64,000 nt of DNA from a bacterium (GTDB lineage Bacteria > Patescibacteriota > Minisyncoccia > Minisyncoccales > GWA2-46-15): the NCBI GenBank assembly GCA_030704795.1, contig JAUYCZ010000028.1, positions 83,202-147,201 on the forward strand, given 5' to 3'. Numbering within the stretch: position 1 is the first letter of the stretch; each line of letters begins with the position of its first letter. Both the position numbers and the translations under genes were made by a program. Below the pieces are notes generated by a model. The model was not told where the DNA came from and did not search any database. It was given only the letters and a program-made list of their open reading frames with translations. Positions 55,193-64,000 of this stretch are shown piece after piece.

Positions 55193-55939
55193 TTAGAATT
55201 TTGTCAATATTTGGTGGCCGTTTTTGGTGACGGCCACCATGTCCTCGAAATGGCAGGTTAAAGAACCGTCAACCGTCTCATAGCCAAATCCGTCCGGCGA
55301 GATCTTCAGCTTCCAATGTCCGACCGTCACCATCGGTTCAATGCAAAAAACCATCCCCTCGACAAGCTCGGGGCCGGTCCCCCTTTTACCATAGTTCAAG
55401 ATTTGGGGATCTTCATGAAGCTCACGGCCAACGCCGTGGCCGCAGAGCTGCCGGACGACGTTAAAACCCTGGGATTCGACATAGTTCTGGGTCGCCCATT
55501 CAATGTCGCCAAAATGCTGGCCGGGCTTAATTTCTTTGAGAGCCATCTCGAAGGCTTGGCGGGTGACCTTTATCAATTTTTTGGCCAGAGGACTGATTCG
55601 CCCAACCGAAAAAGTCCGCGCCATGTCCGTATGGAATCCTTTATAGAAGACACCGATATCTAAAGAAATAATATCCCCTTCTCTCAGTTTTCTGTCCGAA
55701 GGAGGAGCGTGAACAATAACCCGGTTGATCGAGGCGCAAAGACAAGCCGGAAAACCGTCATAACCCTTGAAAGAACACTGGCCGCCCGATTCTAAAATGA
55801 GACGCTCGGATAGCTGCTCTAATTCCTGAGTGGTTATCCCTGGCTTAACCTGCTTTTCCAGCTTCTGCATGACCCGGGCGAGAATCTGACCACCCTCGGC
55901 CATGATCTTTATTTCATCCGGCGTCTTAATCGGTATCAT
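55193..55939 (-). CDS. map: type I methionine aminopeptidase
   Basis: Metal ligands in context (DIGVFYKGFHTDMARTF, GHGVGRELHE, FCIEPM). Confidence 0.95.
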   Translation of the reverse strand: MIPIKTPDEIKIMAEGGQILARVMQKLEKQVKPGITTQELEQLSERLILESGGQCSFKGYDGFPACLCASINRVIVHAPPSDRKLREGDIISLDIGVFYKGFHTDMARTFSVGRISPLAKKLIKVTRQAFEMALKEIKPGQHFGDIEWATQNYVESQGFNVVRQLCGHGVGRELHEDPQILNYGKRGTGPELVEGMVFCIEPMVTVGHWKLKISPDGFGYETVDGSLTCHFEDMVAVTKNGHQILTKF

Positions 55940-56655
55940 CTTTCGCCAAGAGATTTTAGAATGTTGTTGAAAACCACGGCGGGCGCGGGCATGCCGTTGA
56001 TTTTTTTAACCGAAAACTTGTTTTTCTTGAGATAATCGACGATGGGCAGAGTTTCTTGCTTATAAGTTTCCAGCCGGATCCTGATGGTTTTAGGATCATC
56101 CAAGCCCTTCCTCGCCACCAGCTTTGAACCGTCGATCGGGCAATAATTTAACTTGGCGTTCTCCCGGCTGTACAAAATGGGATGCCTCATTAATGTGCAG
56201 AGTTTGCGGTGGGAATTGCGGAAGATCGATTCTTTAGCCGAGATTTCCAGCAAAACCGTCCTGATATTCTGCTTGCCGTAGAGCTTTGTTAAAAACGGCA
56301 TCAAGAGTTCGGCTTCGCTCACTCGCCGCGGGGAACCGGCTAACAGAAGACCGTCGCCGCCTTCAAAAACCCGCTTGATCTTTTCTGAAATTAACGAAAG
56401 GGTAAATGGCATGGAATTCAATCTCCCGCTGAGCCAGATTTTCTTTTCGGCAGCCATCAAATATCTTTTACCGTCAGCGCCGATAACGCTTTTTGTCTTC
56501 GGCGAATTGAAAGCCGCTTCCAATAACTTGCTTGTCTCGAGATAGTAAAGACTCAGCCTATCTGAAACCAAAGTCGCCTGAGTCCCCTTGCCCGATCCCG
56601 GCGCGCCCATGATAATAACTACCTGTTTTTGATTTTTTGGTTTAAAAGGTGTCAT
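55936..56655 (-). CDS. adk: adenylate kinase (divergent, 239 aa)
   Basis: GAPGSGKGTQA P-loop and the position between secY and map. Confidence 0.75.
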   Translation of the reverse strand: MTPFKPKNQKQVVIIMGAPGSGKGTQATLVSDRLSLYYLETSKLLEAAFNSPKTKSVIGADGKRYLMAAEKKIWLSGRLNSMPFTLSLISEKIKRVFEGGDGLLLAGSPRRVSEAELLMPFLTKLYGKQNIRTVLLEISAKESIFRNSHRKLCTLMRHPILYSRENAKLNYCPIDGSKLVARKGLDDPKTIRIRLETYKQETLPIVDYLKKNKFSVKKINGMPAPAVVFNNILKSLGER

Positions 56656-57916
56656 ATTCCCTCATCTCCAGCTGAGCGTTGATGGTTCTGATGGTTTCCA
56701 AAACGACGCTGACGACGATCAATAGAGAGGTGCCGCCGACCAAAAACTGAAAGGACTGGACGCCGGTCAGGGCCTGAACCAAGGAAGGCATGACGGCAAT
56801 TGATCCCAGGAAAAGAGCGCCAATGACTAAGACCTTATTGAGAATTTGAGAAATAAACTGGGCGGTCGAGCTGCCCGGCCTAATGCCGGGAATAAAGCCG
56901 CCCATCTTTTGAAGATTGGTAGCAATGTTTTTGGGATCAAAGGTCACGGCCGTATAGAAAAATGTAAAAACAAAAACCAAAAGGAAATAAAGGACGCTGT
57001 AAACCACCGGGTTCTCTAAAAAACTGTTTACGCCGCTGAAGATTTTGGTCCATTGCCCGCCCAGGCCAACCAAAAAGTTGGCGATCATGGTCGGGAAAAG
57101 CAGAATAGAAATGGCGAAGATAATGGGGATGACGCCAGCCGGGTTGACGTTAAGGGGCAGATAGGTTGAAACCCCGCCATAGAGCTTGGTGCCCCGGACT
57201 CTCTTGGCATAGCTGACCGGAATGTTTCGCCGGGCTTCGGTGATAAGAACGACGCCGGCAATAATGACCAAGGAAGCGGCAAAGAAAAGAAAATAAGGAA
57301 TAAGCTTGGTCGGGTCATAAATGGCCACCAGCTGCCCCAGATCGGTAGGAAAACCGGCGACAATGCCGGCAAAGATCAACAAGGAAATGCCGTTGCCGAT
57401 CTTTTTTTCCGAAATCAGTTCGCCCAGCCAAACCAAAAACATGGTGCCGGCCGTCATCGTCAGTAAGGAAGAGAAAAGTATCAAGGGCGATAACGAACCG
57501 ATAATTTGCTGACGCTGGAATAAAACAATCATGCTGTAGCCCTGGAGAATGGCCAGAGGCACGGTTAGGATCCGTCCGTACTGATTAAACTTTTGCTTTC
57601 CTCTCTCGCCTTCCTCTTTATAAAGTTTCTCTAAGGCGGGAAAAATCATCGTCAACAGCTGTAAAATGATGGTGGCCGTGATATAGGGGCCCAGGCCGAG
57701 CATGACAATGGAAAATTTCTCCAGGGCGCCGCCGGAAAAGATATTGGCCAGGCCCAAAAATTGGTTCTGCCCGAAGAACTCTCTGGCCCTCTCGGCATCA
57801 ATCCCCGGAATAAAGGTATTGGCCATGATGCGAAAAACCACCAAAACGCCCAAGACAAAGATAATTTTGTTGCGTAGGTCGGGAATTTTAAATATTTGGG
57901 TGAATTTAGACCACAT
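56642..57916 (-). CDS. secY: preprotein translocase subunit SecY
   Basis: Ten TM segments, GIQPYITASI-like GLGPYITATII, and its operon position. Confidence 0.95.
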   Translation of the reverse strand: MWSKFTQIFKIPDLRNKIIFVLGVLVVFRIMANTFIPGIDAERAREFFGQNQFLGLANIFSGGALEKFSIVMLGLGPYITATIILQLLTMIFPALEKLYKEEGERGKQKFNQYGRILTVPLAILQGYSMIVLFQRQQIIGSLSPLILFSSLLTMTAGTMFLVWLGELISEKKIGNGISLLIFAGIVAGFPTDLGQLVAIYDPTKLIPYFLFFAASLVIIAGVVLITEARRNIPVSYAKRVRGTKLYGGVSTYLPLNVNPAGVIPIIFAISILLFPTMIANFLVGLGGQWTKIFSGVNSFLENPVVYSVLYFLLVFVFTFFYTAVTFDPKNIATNLQKMGGFIPGIRPGSSTAQFISQILNKVLVIGALFLGSIAVMPSLVQALTGVQSFQFLVGGTSLLIVVSVVLETIRTINAQLEMREYDTF

Positions 57917-58347
57917 TATTTTATGGTGCCGCCGGCTTTTTTGATCTTGGCCTCGGCTCCTTTGGACAATTTACAGTTCTCAAAAATTAAGGATTTAGTG
58001 ATTTCCCCGTTGCCCAAGATTTTGACTAAAGGAATCTTATTACCCGGGAAAAAAATAATCTTCTTTTCGACCAAAATCCGAGGGTTAACCGTCTCCCCAA
58101 CTTGAAAATGCCTCTCGATCTTATCCAGATTAACTCCCACCAAAGACGCGGGCCAGCTCTCCATTCGATGGCCGCGCAGCTTAGGATAGCGCTTAATAAA
58201 GCCTCGGACGAGGGGCTTCATGCGCTTACCGGCCCGGGCTTTTTGTCCTTTCGTTCCCCGACCAGAGGTAGAACCTTTCTTGCCGCCTCGACCGATTCTC
58301 TTAGCCGTCCTCGGCTTATGATTTGGTTTCAGGTGTTGCAGTTGCAT
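57916..58347 (-). CDS. rplO: 50S ribosomal protein L15
   Basis: RIGRGGKKGSTSGRGTKGQKAR. It overlaps the rpsE end by 32 nt. Confidence 0.9.
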   Translation of the reverse strand: MQLQHLKPNHKPRTAKRIGRGGKKGSTSGRGTKGQKARAGKRMKPLVRGFIKRYPKLRGHRMESWPASLVGVNLDKIERHFQVGETVNPRILVEKKIIFFPGNKIPLVKILGNGEITKSLIFENCKLSKGAEAKIKKAGGTIK

Positions 58348-58837
58348 GTTTAACTCTTAACTTCTTTAATGCTTCGATGGTCGCTTGGGCATTATTCAAT
58401 TTGTTGCTGGTTCGTCCTAAAAGCTTAGAAGAGATATTCTTAATTCCGGCCAACAAGCAAATGGCTCGGATCGTACCGCCGGCCACTAAGCCTCGACCCC
58501 GGTGCTGCGGTTTCAAAATAAGCCTGGCCGGACCGTATTTGGCCGAAACTTCATGGGGGATGGTGTCATTAATAATCGGCACCTCGATCAGGTGTTTCCG
58601 AGCCTGCCTCGTGGCTTTCTCCACGGCCGCCTGAACATCCAGACCCTTGGCCACGCCGACTCCCACCTTACCCTTTTTATTACCGGCAATAACCACGGCT
58701 CTGAATCTCATGTGCTTGCCGCCGGCCGTTACCCGGGTCACCCGAGCCAAACCTAAGAGCTTAGAATCAAACTCCGGCGCCGGCTTGTTAAAAGCGCCCC
58801 TTTCTGACCCCATGCCTCTTTGAAATCTTTTTTCCAT
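58316..58837 (-). CDS. rpsE: 30S ribosomal protein S5
   Basis: Contains RVTRVTAGGKHMRFRAVVIAGN and GRGLVAGG. Confidence 0.95.
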   Translation of the reverse strand: MEKRFQRGMGSERGAFNKPAPEFDSKLLGLARVTRVTAGGKHMRFRAVVIAGNKKGKVGVGVAKGLDVQAAVEKATRQARKHLIEVPIINDTIPHEVSAKYGPARLILKPQHRGRGLVAGGTIRAICLLAGIKNISSKLLGRTSNKLNNAQATIEALKKLRVKHATATPETKS

Positions 58838-58850
58838 TCCATTAGTGAAG

Positions 58851-59207
58851 TTAAAACTCTAAACCGGCTTCTCGGGCGCCATCCGCCAAGGCCTTAACCC
58901 GACCATGGTATTTGTAACCCGCCCGATCAAAAACGATCTTTTTAATTTTCTTTTCTTGGGCCTTTTCTCCGATCAGCTTTCCTACGGCTCGGGCCAAAGA
59001 AACCTTGTTCCCCTTCTGACGGATCTCGGCCGCTGAGTCGGAAACGCTAATCAGTGCTTTGTTTTTGACGTCGTCAATTAATTGGGCGTAAATGTGATGG
59101 CCGCTTCGAAAAACCGAAAGCCGCGGCTTCTCGCCAGTTCCGGTAATTTTGGCTCTCGTTCTTTTCTGACGCCTCTTTCTTTTTAATTGTTTTTGATTAA
59201 TGGCCAT
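58851..59207 (-). CDS. rplR: 50S ribosomal protein L18
   Basis: Contains [18 protein letters not shown] and [19 protein letters not shown]. Confidence 0.9.
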   Translation of the reverse strand: MAINQKQLKRKRRQKRTRAKITGTGEKPRLSVFRSGHHIYAQLIDDVKNKALISVSDSAAEIRQKGNKVSLARAVGKLIGEKAQEKKIKKIVFDRAGYKYHGRVKALADGAREAGLEF

Positions 59208-59208
59208 A

Positions 59209-59784
59209 TCACTTTGTCACGGTGCCGGCCTTCTTGCCCGCCTTCTTTTTAATCACTTCTCCGGCATAACGAATGCCCTTGGCCTTATAGGCATCCGGCG
59301 GCCGAAGCCGACGGATCGAAGCGGCCGCCTGACCAACCAGATTTTTGTCAATTCCCGAAACGGAAATGATGTTTTTCTCAACGACAAATTCAATCCCTTC
59401 TATCTTTCTCACCCTCAAGGGATGACTGAAACCGACGGATAAAATCAAATCGCCATTCTCCACCTGCGCCCGATAGCCCAATCCTTCGATTGCCAGCTTC
59501 TTCTGATAACCATTAACCACGCCTTCAATAAGGTTAGCGGTAATACTCCTGGCCAAACCCCAGCAAGAAATGACTTTCTTGGCCTGGTTAGAGGTCAACT
59601 TTCTTTTTCCTTCCCGGCTCTTGGTGGTAAAGAAAATCTGATTATCTTTGATCTCGGCCTGAATTTCCTCTGGCATCTTAAAACGCAGTTCGCCCCGAGG
59701 ACCACTGACAACTAAAACCTCTTCAGCCAGGATGGCTTTGACTTCGACAGGAATTAAAATTGGTTTTTTACCGACACGGGACAT
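59209..59784 (-). CDS. rplF: 50S ribosomal protein L6
   Basis: Contains MSRVGKKPI and GVGYRA-like GLGYRAQ. Confidence 0.95.
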   Translation of the reverse strand: MSRVGKKPILIPVEVKAILAEEVLVVSGPRGELRFKMPEEIQAEIKDNQIFFTTKSREGKRKLTSNQAKKVISCWGLARSITANLIEGVVNGYQKKLAIEGLGYRAQVENGDLILSVGFSHPLRVRKIEGIEFVVEKNIISVSGIDKNLVGQAAASIRRLRPPDAYKAKGIRYAGEVIKKKAGKKAGTVTK

Positions 59785-59813
59785 ATAAGTTTTTATAAAT
59801 TAACTAACTTGTA

Positions 59814-60200
59814 TCACCAAATTTCACAGATAACTTCTCCGCCCAATCTATTTCTTCTGGCCTCCAAGGCCGACATTAAACCATGGGAAGTCGAAATGAT
59901 GACCATCCCCCGTCCCTTTCTGGTTGATTTAATCTTTTTGGCCGGCAAGAAAATCCGCTGGCCCGGCCGGGAAATCTTCTTGAAATTAGAGATGAGCGGC
60001 TCTTTGTCCTCGTACTTTAAACCGATCTCCAGGGTTCTTTTAATACCTCTGCCTTTTTTTTCAACCTTCTCGATCAAGTGATCCTTTTCTAAAATCTGGG
60101 CCAGTTTGTATTTAAAATTAGAAAAAGGCAAAGAGATAGTTTCCTTGGAAACCATCTGGGCATTCTTTATTTGATTTAACATGTCTGCTATCGGATCCAT
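59814..60200 (-). CDS. rpsH: 30S ribosomal protein S8
   Basis: Contains DPIADMLNQIKNA and GGEVICEIW. Confidence 0.95.
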   Translation of the reverse strand: MDPIADMLNQIKNAQMVSKETISLPFSNFKYKLAQILEKDHLIEKVEKKGRGIKRTLEIGLKYEDKEPLISNFKKISRPGQRIFLPAKKIKSTRKGRGMVIISTSHGLMSALEARRNRLGGEVICEIW

Positions 60201-60225
60201 GTGTTGAAAATTGAAAATTAATTAT

Positions 60226-60411
60226 CTACCAACTGCTTTTCGTCACGCCGGGGATCTCGCCTCGATTGGCGGCCTCTCGAAAACAAATCCGGCACAGTCC
60301 AAAGTCTCTCATATAGGCTCTTTTCCGACCGCACCTAAAACAACGCCTGACAATTCGGCTGGAAAACTTAGGCTTCTTAATAGATTTTGCGATTTGTCCT
60401 TCCGTGGCCAT
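60226..60411 (-). CDS. rpsZ: 30S ribosomal protein S14 type Z (zinc-binding, 61 aa)
   Basis: CFRCGR...CRICFRE. Confidence 0.9.
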   Translation of the reverse strand: MATEGQIAKSIKKPKFSSRIVRRCFRCGRKRAYMRDFGLCRICFREAANRGEIPGVTKSSW

Positions 60412-60416
60412 AATGA

Positions 60417-60977
60417 TTAACTAAGCTTGATGGGGAATCCTAATAATCTAAATAATTCTGTTCCCTCTTCTTTATTCTTGGCCGTGGTGACAATGATGAC
60501 CTCTAGGCCAAAGACTCTTTTAGTGTGCTCCGGGGAAATCTCAGGAAAAGTGATCTGCTCTTTCAGACCAACGGTCAGGTTGCCCTCCTTGTCAATGCTC
60601 TTGAGACTGATTCCCTGAAAGTCCCGGGAACGAGGCAAAGCAATCCGGATAAGCCGATCGACAAAGTCTTCCATTCTTTTGCCCCTCAGGGTGACCTTGG
60701 CGCCGATGGCCATTCCCTTTCTTAATTTAAAAGAAGCAATGGATTTCTTGGAAAGGGTCAGAACGGGCTTCTGGCCGCAAATTAAAGCCAGATCTTCTAA
60801 AATCGACTGGCAAATTTTCTTCTGTTCGTCTCCTGTTGCCCCGGCGACCAACCGGCCAAAGCCGGTATTGACGAAAACCTTCTCTATCCGAGGCACGGCC
60901 ATCACATTTTTATAACCAAAACGCTCCATCATTTTTGGCACCGCCTCTTTTTGATACCTTTCTTTAAATCGCAACAT
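60417..60977 (-). CDS. rplE: 50S ribosomal protein L5
   Basis: Contains [14 protein letters not shown] and [12 protein letters not shown]. Confidence 0.95.
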   Translation of the reverse strand: MLRFKERYQKEAVPKMMERFGYKNVMAVPRIEKVFVNTGFGRLVAGATGDEQKKICQSILEDLALICGQKPVLTLSKKSIASFKLRKGMAIGAKVTLRGKRMEDFVDRLIRIALPRSRDFQGISLKSIDKEGNLTVGLKEQITFPEISPEHTKRVFGLEVIIVTTAKNKEEGTELFRLLGFPIKLS

Positions 60978-60993
60978 ATATTATCCGCTGGTT

Positions 60994-61299
60994 TTATATT
61001 TCTTGTTGACACTTTTTACAGACTCTAAATTTCTTTTTCTCCGCCACCCGGTAACCTACTCTGGCCGCTTGGCCGCATTTAGGACAAATGAGTTTAACAT
61101 TAGAAATATCCATCGTCGCCGGCACGGAAACTATCTCGCCCTTCTCGCCCGACTTCTTGGGTTTAACGTGTTTCTTCCTTAAATTAGCGCCCTCGATAAT
61201 AACTCGGGCCTCTTTGGTAAAAACCTGAAGCACCCGGCCCTTTTTGGCCCGGTCCTTACCAGAAATAATTATGACCTGGTCGCCCTTTTTTATTTTCAT
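60994..61299 (-). CDS. rplX: 50S ribosomal protein L24 with C-terminal CxxC..CxxC zinc ribbon
   Basis: KKGDQVIIISGKDRAKKG KOW motif. Confidence 0.9.
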   Translation of the reverse strand: MKIKKGDQVIIISGKDRAKKGRVLQVFTKEARVIIEGANLRKKHVKPKKSGEKGEIVSVPATMDISNVKLICPKCGQAARVGYRVAEKKKFRVCKKCQQEI

Positions 61300-61310
61300 A
61301 CATTTATTAC

Positions 61311-61416
61311 AACGCCAATCAGTATCAATCAGCTTTATCTGTATAAATCAGCGTAAAAACTAATATTCTTTTGACTAACACTGATTTATGCGGATACGAC
61401 TGATTTATGCTGATGA
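61311..61416. repeat. imperfect ~106-bp palindrome: 3x ATCAG (61318, 61328, 61347), loop, then 3x CTGAT (61381, 61400, 61410)
   Basis: Lies in the unusually long 130-nt rplN-rplX spacer. The arms align at about 80 percent as reverse complements, and motif spacing is 10 or 19 bp. Confidence 0.8.
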
Positions 61417-61429
61417 ACTATTTTTTTAC

Positions 61430-61798
61430 TTAAACTACTTCCTCAGCCAGGCTAATTATCTTATCAAAACCCCTTTCCTTGATTTCTCGCGGAATGGGAC
61501 CGAAAACACGACCACCCTTAGGATCCTTGCCTACGTCTAGGACAACGGCCGCGTTCTCGTCAAAGCGGATATAACTGCCGTCGGGCCGACGGAAAGCCTT
61601 TCTCTGCCGGACAATGACCGCCTTAACAATGTCGTGTTTCTTAACCAGCCGCCGGGGATCGGCTTCCTTGACCACGCCCACGATCACATCACCGATCTGG
61701 CCCCATTTTCTCCTTGAGCCACCGCGAACCTGAATACACTCGATGATTTTGGCACCGGAATTATCGGCGATTTTCAAATTGGTTAATAACTGAATCAT
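61430..61798 (-). CDS. rplN: 50S ribosomal protein L14
   Basis: [17 protein letters not shown]. The ATG at 61798 was verified. Confidence 0.95.
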   Translation of the reverse strand: MIQLLTNLKIADNSGAKIIECIQVRGGSRRKWGQIGDVIVGVVKEADPRRLVKKHDIVKAVIVRQRKAFRRPDGSYIRFDENAAVVLDVGKDPKGGRVFGPIPREIKERGFDKIISLAEEVV

Positions 61799-61805
61799 TT
61801 TTGCG

Positions 61806-61880
61806 GTACTGATTAATGCTGATTTTAACTGATTAATACAGATTATCAGCATCAATCAGCCGTATCCGTATAAATCAGCG
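61806..61880. repeat. imperfect ~75-bp palindrome: 3x CTGAT (61809, 61819, 61829) then 3x ATCAG (61845, 61855, 61874)
   Basis: Fills the 83-nt rpsQ-rplN spacer. It belongs to the same motif family and contains CCGTATCCGTATAAATCAGC. Confidence 0.8.
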
Positions 61881-61881
61881 G

Positions 61882-62115
61882 TTAGATTTTTTTGATAGCT
61901 CGCCATCTTTTATCTTTACTCATCGGCCTTGTCTCCTCGATCACAACCCTGTCTCCCGTCTTGTACTCGCCTTTCTCGTCATGCGCCTTGTACTTCTTCG
62001 ACACCCGAAATCTTGCCTGGTATTTAGGATAAACTTTCTGCCGCTCCACCTCAACAACGATGGTTTTTTGCATCTTATTAGAAATGACGATTCCGGTTAA
62101 TTGACGTCTAGACAT
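61882..62115 (-). CDS. rpsQ: 30S ribosomal protein S17
   Basis: Contains [14 protein letters not shown] and KYKAHDE. Confidence 0.9.
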   Translation of the reverse strand: MSRRQLTGIVISNKMQKTIVVEVERQKVYPKYQARFRVSKKYKAHDEKGEYKTGDRVVIEETRPMSKDKRWRAIKKI

Positions 62116-62317
62116 GTTTTTCTTTCTTTGAGTTCAAAATGGTGCTAACCCGGGCAATGTCTTTCTTCAATTCCTTAACTTCCTGGGTATTCTTCAGTTT
62201 GCCCGAAGCCAAAAGAAATCGCAAAGACCGTAATTTTTCTCTCAACTCTCGCCGGCTGAGACGCAATGTTTCCGGTGATCTTTCGCGCCATTCTTTAATT
62301 TTATGTGACGATTTCAT
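62108..62317 (-). CDS. rpmC: 50S ribosomal protein L29
   Basis: [40 protein letters not shown]. The ATG at 62317 overlaps the rplP stop. Confidence 0.85.
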   Translation of the reverse strand: MKSSHKIKEWRERSPETLRLSRRELREKLRSLRFLLASGKLKNTQEVKELKKDIARVSTILNSKKEKHV

Positions 62318-62720
62318 TTTTCTTAATGAATTTAGTTTTGATGGGCAGTTTATCTCCGGCAATCTTGAGGGCTTGACGAGCCGCTTCTTCGGGCAGACCA
62401 TCGATCTCAAAAATGATGCGGCCCGGTCGTATAGGAAAAACATAGTGGCTAACTGCGCCCTTGCCCCCGCCCAGAGGCACCTCGTTGCCTTTGGTCGTCA
62501 CCGGCTTATCCGGAAAAATTCTGATCCACATCTTACCGCCTTTTTTGAAAAAGCGCAAAATTGCTCTTCTCGCCGCTTCCAATTGACGGCTGGTAATCCA
62601 GATCGTGCCTAAGCTCTTTAGTCCAAAAGAGCCAAAATGTAATTCCGTCGCTCTCGACTCAATGCCGTGGGATTTTCCTCTCTGCCATTTACGATGTTTT
62701 ACTTTCTTGGGTAATAACAT
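62301..62720 (-). CDS. rplP: 50S ribosomal protein L16
   Basis: Contains MLLPKKVKHRKWQRG and RMGKGKG-like PLGGGKGAV. Confidence 0.95.
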   Translation of the reverse strand: MLLPKKVKHRKWQRGKSHGIESRATELHFGSFGLKSLGTIWITSRQLEAARRAILRFFKKGGKMWIRIFPDKPVTTKGNEVPLGGGKGAVSHYVFPIRPGRIIFEIDGLPEEAARQALKIAGDKLPIKTKFIKKNEIVT

Positions 62721-62727
62721 TGAAGTT

Positions 62728-62828
62728 AATCCGCATAAATCAGCTCAATCAGCATATATCAGCGCTAAAGAGTTAGAAAATACTAATTAACACTGATTAA
62801 TACGGATACGGCTGATTAATACTGATAA
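62728..62828. repeat. imperfect ~100-bp palindrome: 3x ATCAG (62739, 62748, 62758), loop, then 3x CTGAT (62793, 62812, 62822)
   Basis: Fills the 110-nt rpsC-rplP spacer. Its right arm is about 85 percent identical to the right arm of the 61311-61416 element. Confidence 0.8.
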
Positions 62829-62830
62829 GA

Positions 62831-63493
62831 CTACTCGAACTTGTCACCTTTGTAAAGCCAAACTTTAATCCCAACCGTGCCGTAAGTACAAAAAACGGGG
62901 GTTCCCGCATAGTCAATATCCGCTCTCAAAGTCTGGCGGGGCAGCCGACCTCTTTTTAACCATTCACGTCGAGCAATCTCAGCGCCATCTAAGCGACCAG
63001 CCATCTCAATCCTCGCCCCCTTAATCTCTTTATTCTCCATAACATTATCCAGGGTCTGTTTTAAGACCCTTCTAAAAGGAATTCTCCGGAGGATTTGTTT
63101 AGCCATGGCCTGGCCCACCAGGGAAGCCGAAGTCCAAGGATTACGCACTTCCTGAATTTCAATCCGGATCTCGGCCGTCGGGCCACCACCCCTTCTCTTT
63201 CTGAGAGCGGCCAATTTGTTTTTCAATTCTTTCCTGAGCTCTTCGGCACCCGAGCCTCCCCGACCAATAATTAAACCTGGTCGGGCGCTCTTGACCAGGA
63301 CATTGATTTTGCCAGGAAACCTCTCAATCTTAACGCTATCAACGCCTGCCTCGCTAATTTTCTTAGTTAAAAATTGGCGGATGAAAAAATCTTCCTCGAG
63401 GAGCCGGGGGAAGCGGTGACCGTAAAATCCTTTTGATTCCCAATCGTCAATGCCTTTGATTCTGAAAGCTTTTGGATGAGCCTTGTGAGACAT
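62831..63493 (-). CDS. rpsC: 30S ribosomal protein S3
   Basis: KH domain (GLIIGRGGSGAEELRKEL) and the C-terminal domain. Confidence 0.95.
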   Translation of the reverse strand: MSHKAHPKAFRIKGIDDWESKGFYGHRFPRLLEEDFFIRQFLTKKISEAGVDSVKIERFPGKINVLVKSARPGLIIGRGGSGAEELRKELKNKLAALRKRRGGGPTAEIRIEIQEVRNPWTSASLVGQAMAKQILRRIPFRRVLKQTLDNVMENKEIKGARIEMAGRLDGAEIARREWLKRGRLPRQTLRADIDYAGTPVFCTYGTVGIKVWLYKGDKFE

Positions 63494-63500
63494 GTTTTGA

Positions 63501-63989
63501 CTAGATTGCTTTACGTCTAAAAATCTTTTTAAATCCCGAAGTTGATTTTGGTTTCATTGTCGCGAGCTCGGGCTTAATCTTCTGCTTTTCTGTCTTGGGC
63601 ATGGCCTTGGGCTTGGCCTTTTCAACTAGAGGCACGACCTCGGTCTTCTCTGTCCTCTTGCCCGCTACTGATCTTTTCTTCGACAGCCCTTCTCTTTCCT
63701 GAAGAACAATGGTCAAGTGCGAGGTCTTCTTTTGAATCGGGAAAGCCCGACCGCGAGCTCGCGGTCTCCATCTCTTCAATTTGGGGCCTTCATCAACCAA
63801 AACTTTGGCTAAATAAAGAATTTTCTCATCGAGCTGGAAATTATTTTTGGCATTGGCCAAAGCTGAATCCAAAAGCCTCAAGAAAGGCTTGGCGGCTCTC
63901 CGGGGCAAAAAATTAAGACTGGCCCGGGCTTTCAGGGCATTCTTCCCGCGAATGACATCGGCGACGAGTCTGACTTTTCGCGGCGCCAT
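63501..63989 (-). CDS. rplV: 50S ribosomal protein L22 with Lys-rich C-terminal extension
   Basis: Contains PRKVRLVADVIRGKNALKA and RWRPRARGRAFPIQKKTSHLTIVL. Confidence 0.9.
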   Translation of the reverse strand: MAPRKVRLVADVIRGKNALKARASLNFLPRRAAKPFLRLLDSALANAKNNFQLDEKILYLAKVLVDEGPKLKRWRPRARGRAFPIQKKTSHLTIVLQEREGLSKKRSVAGKRTEKTEVVPLVEKAKPKAMPKTEKQKIKPELATMKPKSTSGFKKIFRRKAI

Positions 63990-64000
63990 TCTTAAATGAT

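Overview
This window is almost entirely housekeeping sequence from a small-genome bacterium. I infer a Candidate Phyla Radiation / Patescibacteria (Parcubacteria-like) origin, because there is no L30 gene between S5 and L15, L11 is not followed by L1, many core proteins carry Lys-rich tails, a DUF5667-type secreted protein is present, and a small GIY-YIG ORF sits next to tRNAs. No taxonomic search was run. Gene content in order: a partial Fe-S and redox module (sufS-sufU-ferredoxin-FNR-like-DUF59-SOD); a minus-strand block glmS-trmD-KH-rpsP-rnc-nusB-rpmF-rnhB; dnaE, thrS, a 527-aa membrane protein, a secreted Kazal-domain protein and miaA; deoC-tmk-rplK-nusG-secE-gyrB-pheT-pheS; a three-tRNA cluster with an embedded GIY-YIG ORF; gatC-gatA-(asnS-like)-gatB; mreB-proS-proC-rocD; rseP-frr-holB-mreB2; a PEGA protein; and a long minus-strand ribosomal-protein superoperon (rplV to rplO, secY, adk, map, then about 8.6 kb of other genes, then infA-rpmJ-rpsM-rpsK-rpsD-rpoA-rplQ-rplM-rpsI). 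I found no rRNA, CRISPR array, transposase, integrase or recognisable defence system. The most interesting signals are non-coding. (1) A complete T-box riboswitch with a canonical K-turn, specifier loop and antiterminator, a CCC (Pro) specifier and a very short Stem I, sitting upstream of rocD-proC-proS. (2) An initiator-like tRNA(CAT) whose 5' half is duplicated on either side of a GIY-YIG nuclease ORF, with the ORF ending in the tRNA anticodon loop. (3) Three 75-106 bp palindromic arrays of helically phased ATCAG/CTGAT motifs inside the normally tightly packed S10/spc ribosomal operon. (4) A 14-bp palindrome (ATTGCTATAGCAAT) present three times, twice as part of 34-bp direct repeats flanking a PaaX/Cas2-like regulator gene. 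(5) A 59-bp tandem duplication that replicates the tpiA start codon and creates two identical 15-codon mini-ORFs. (6) Several dispersed intergenic hairpin repeat families. All calls rest on reading the sequence and recalling family motifs. No database search or folding program was run.
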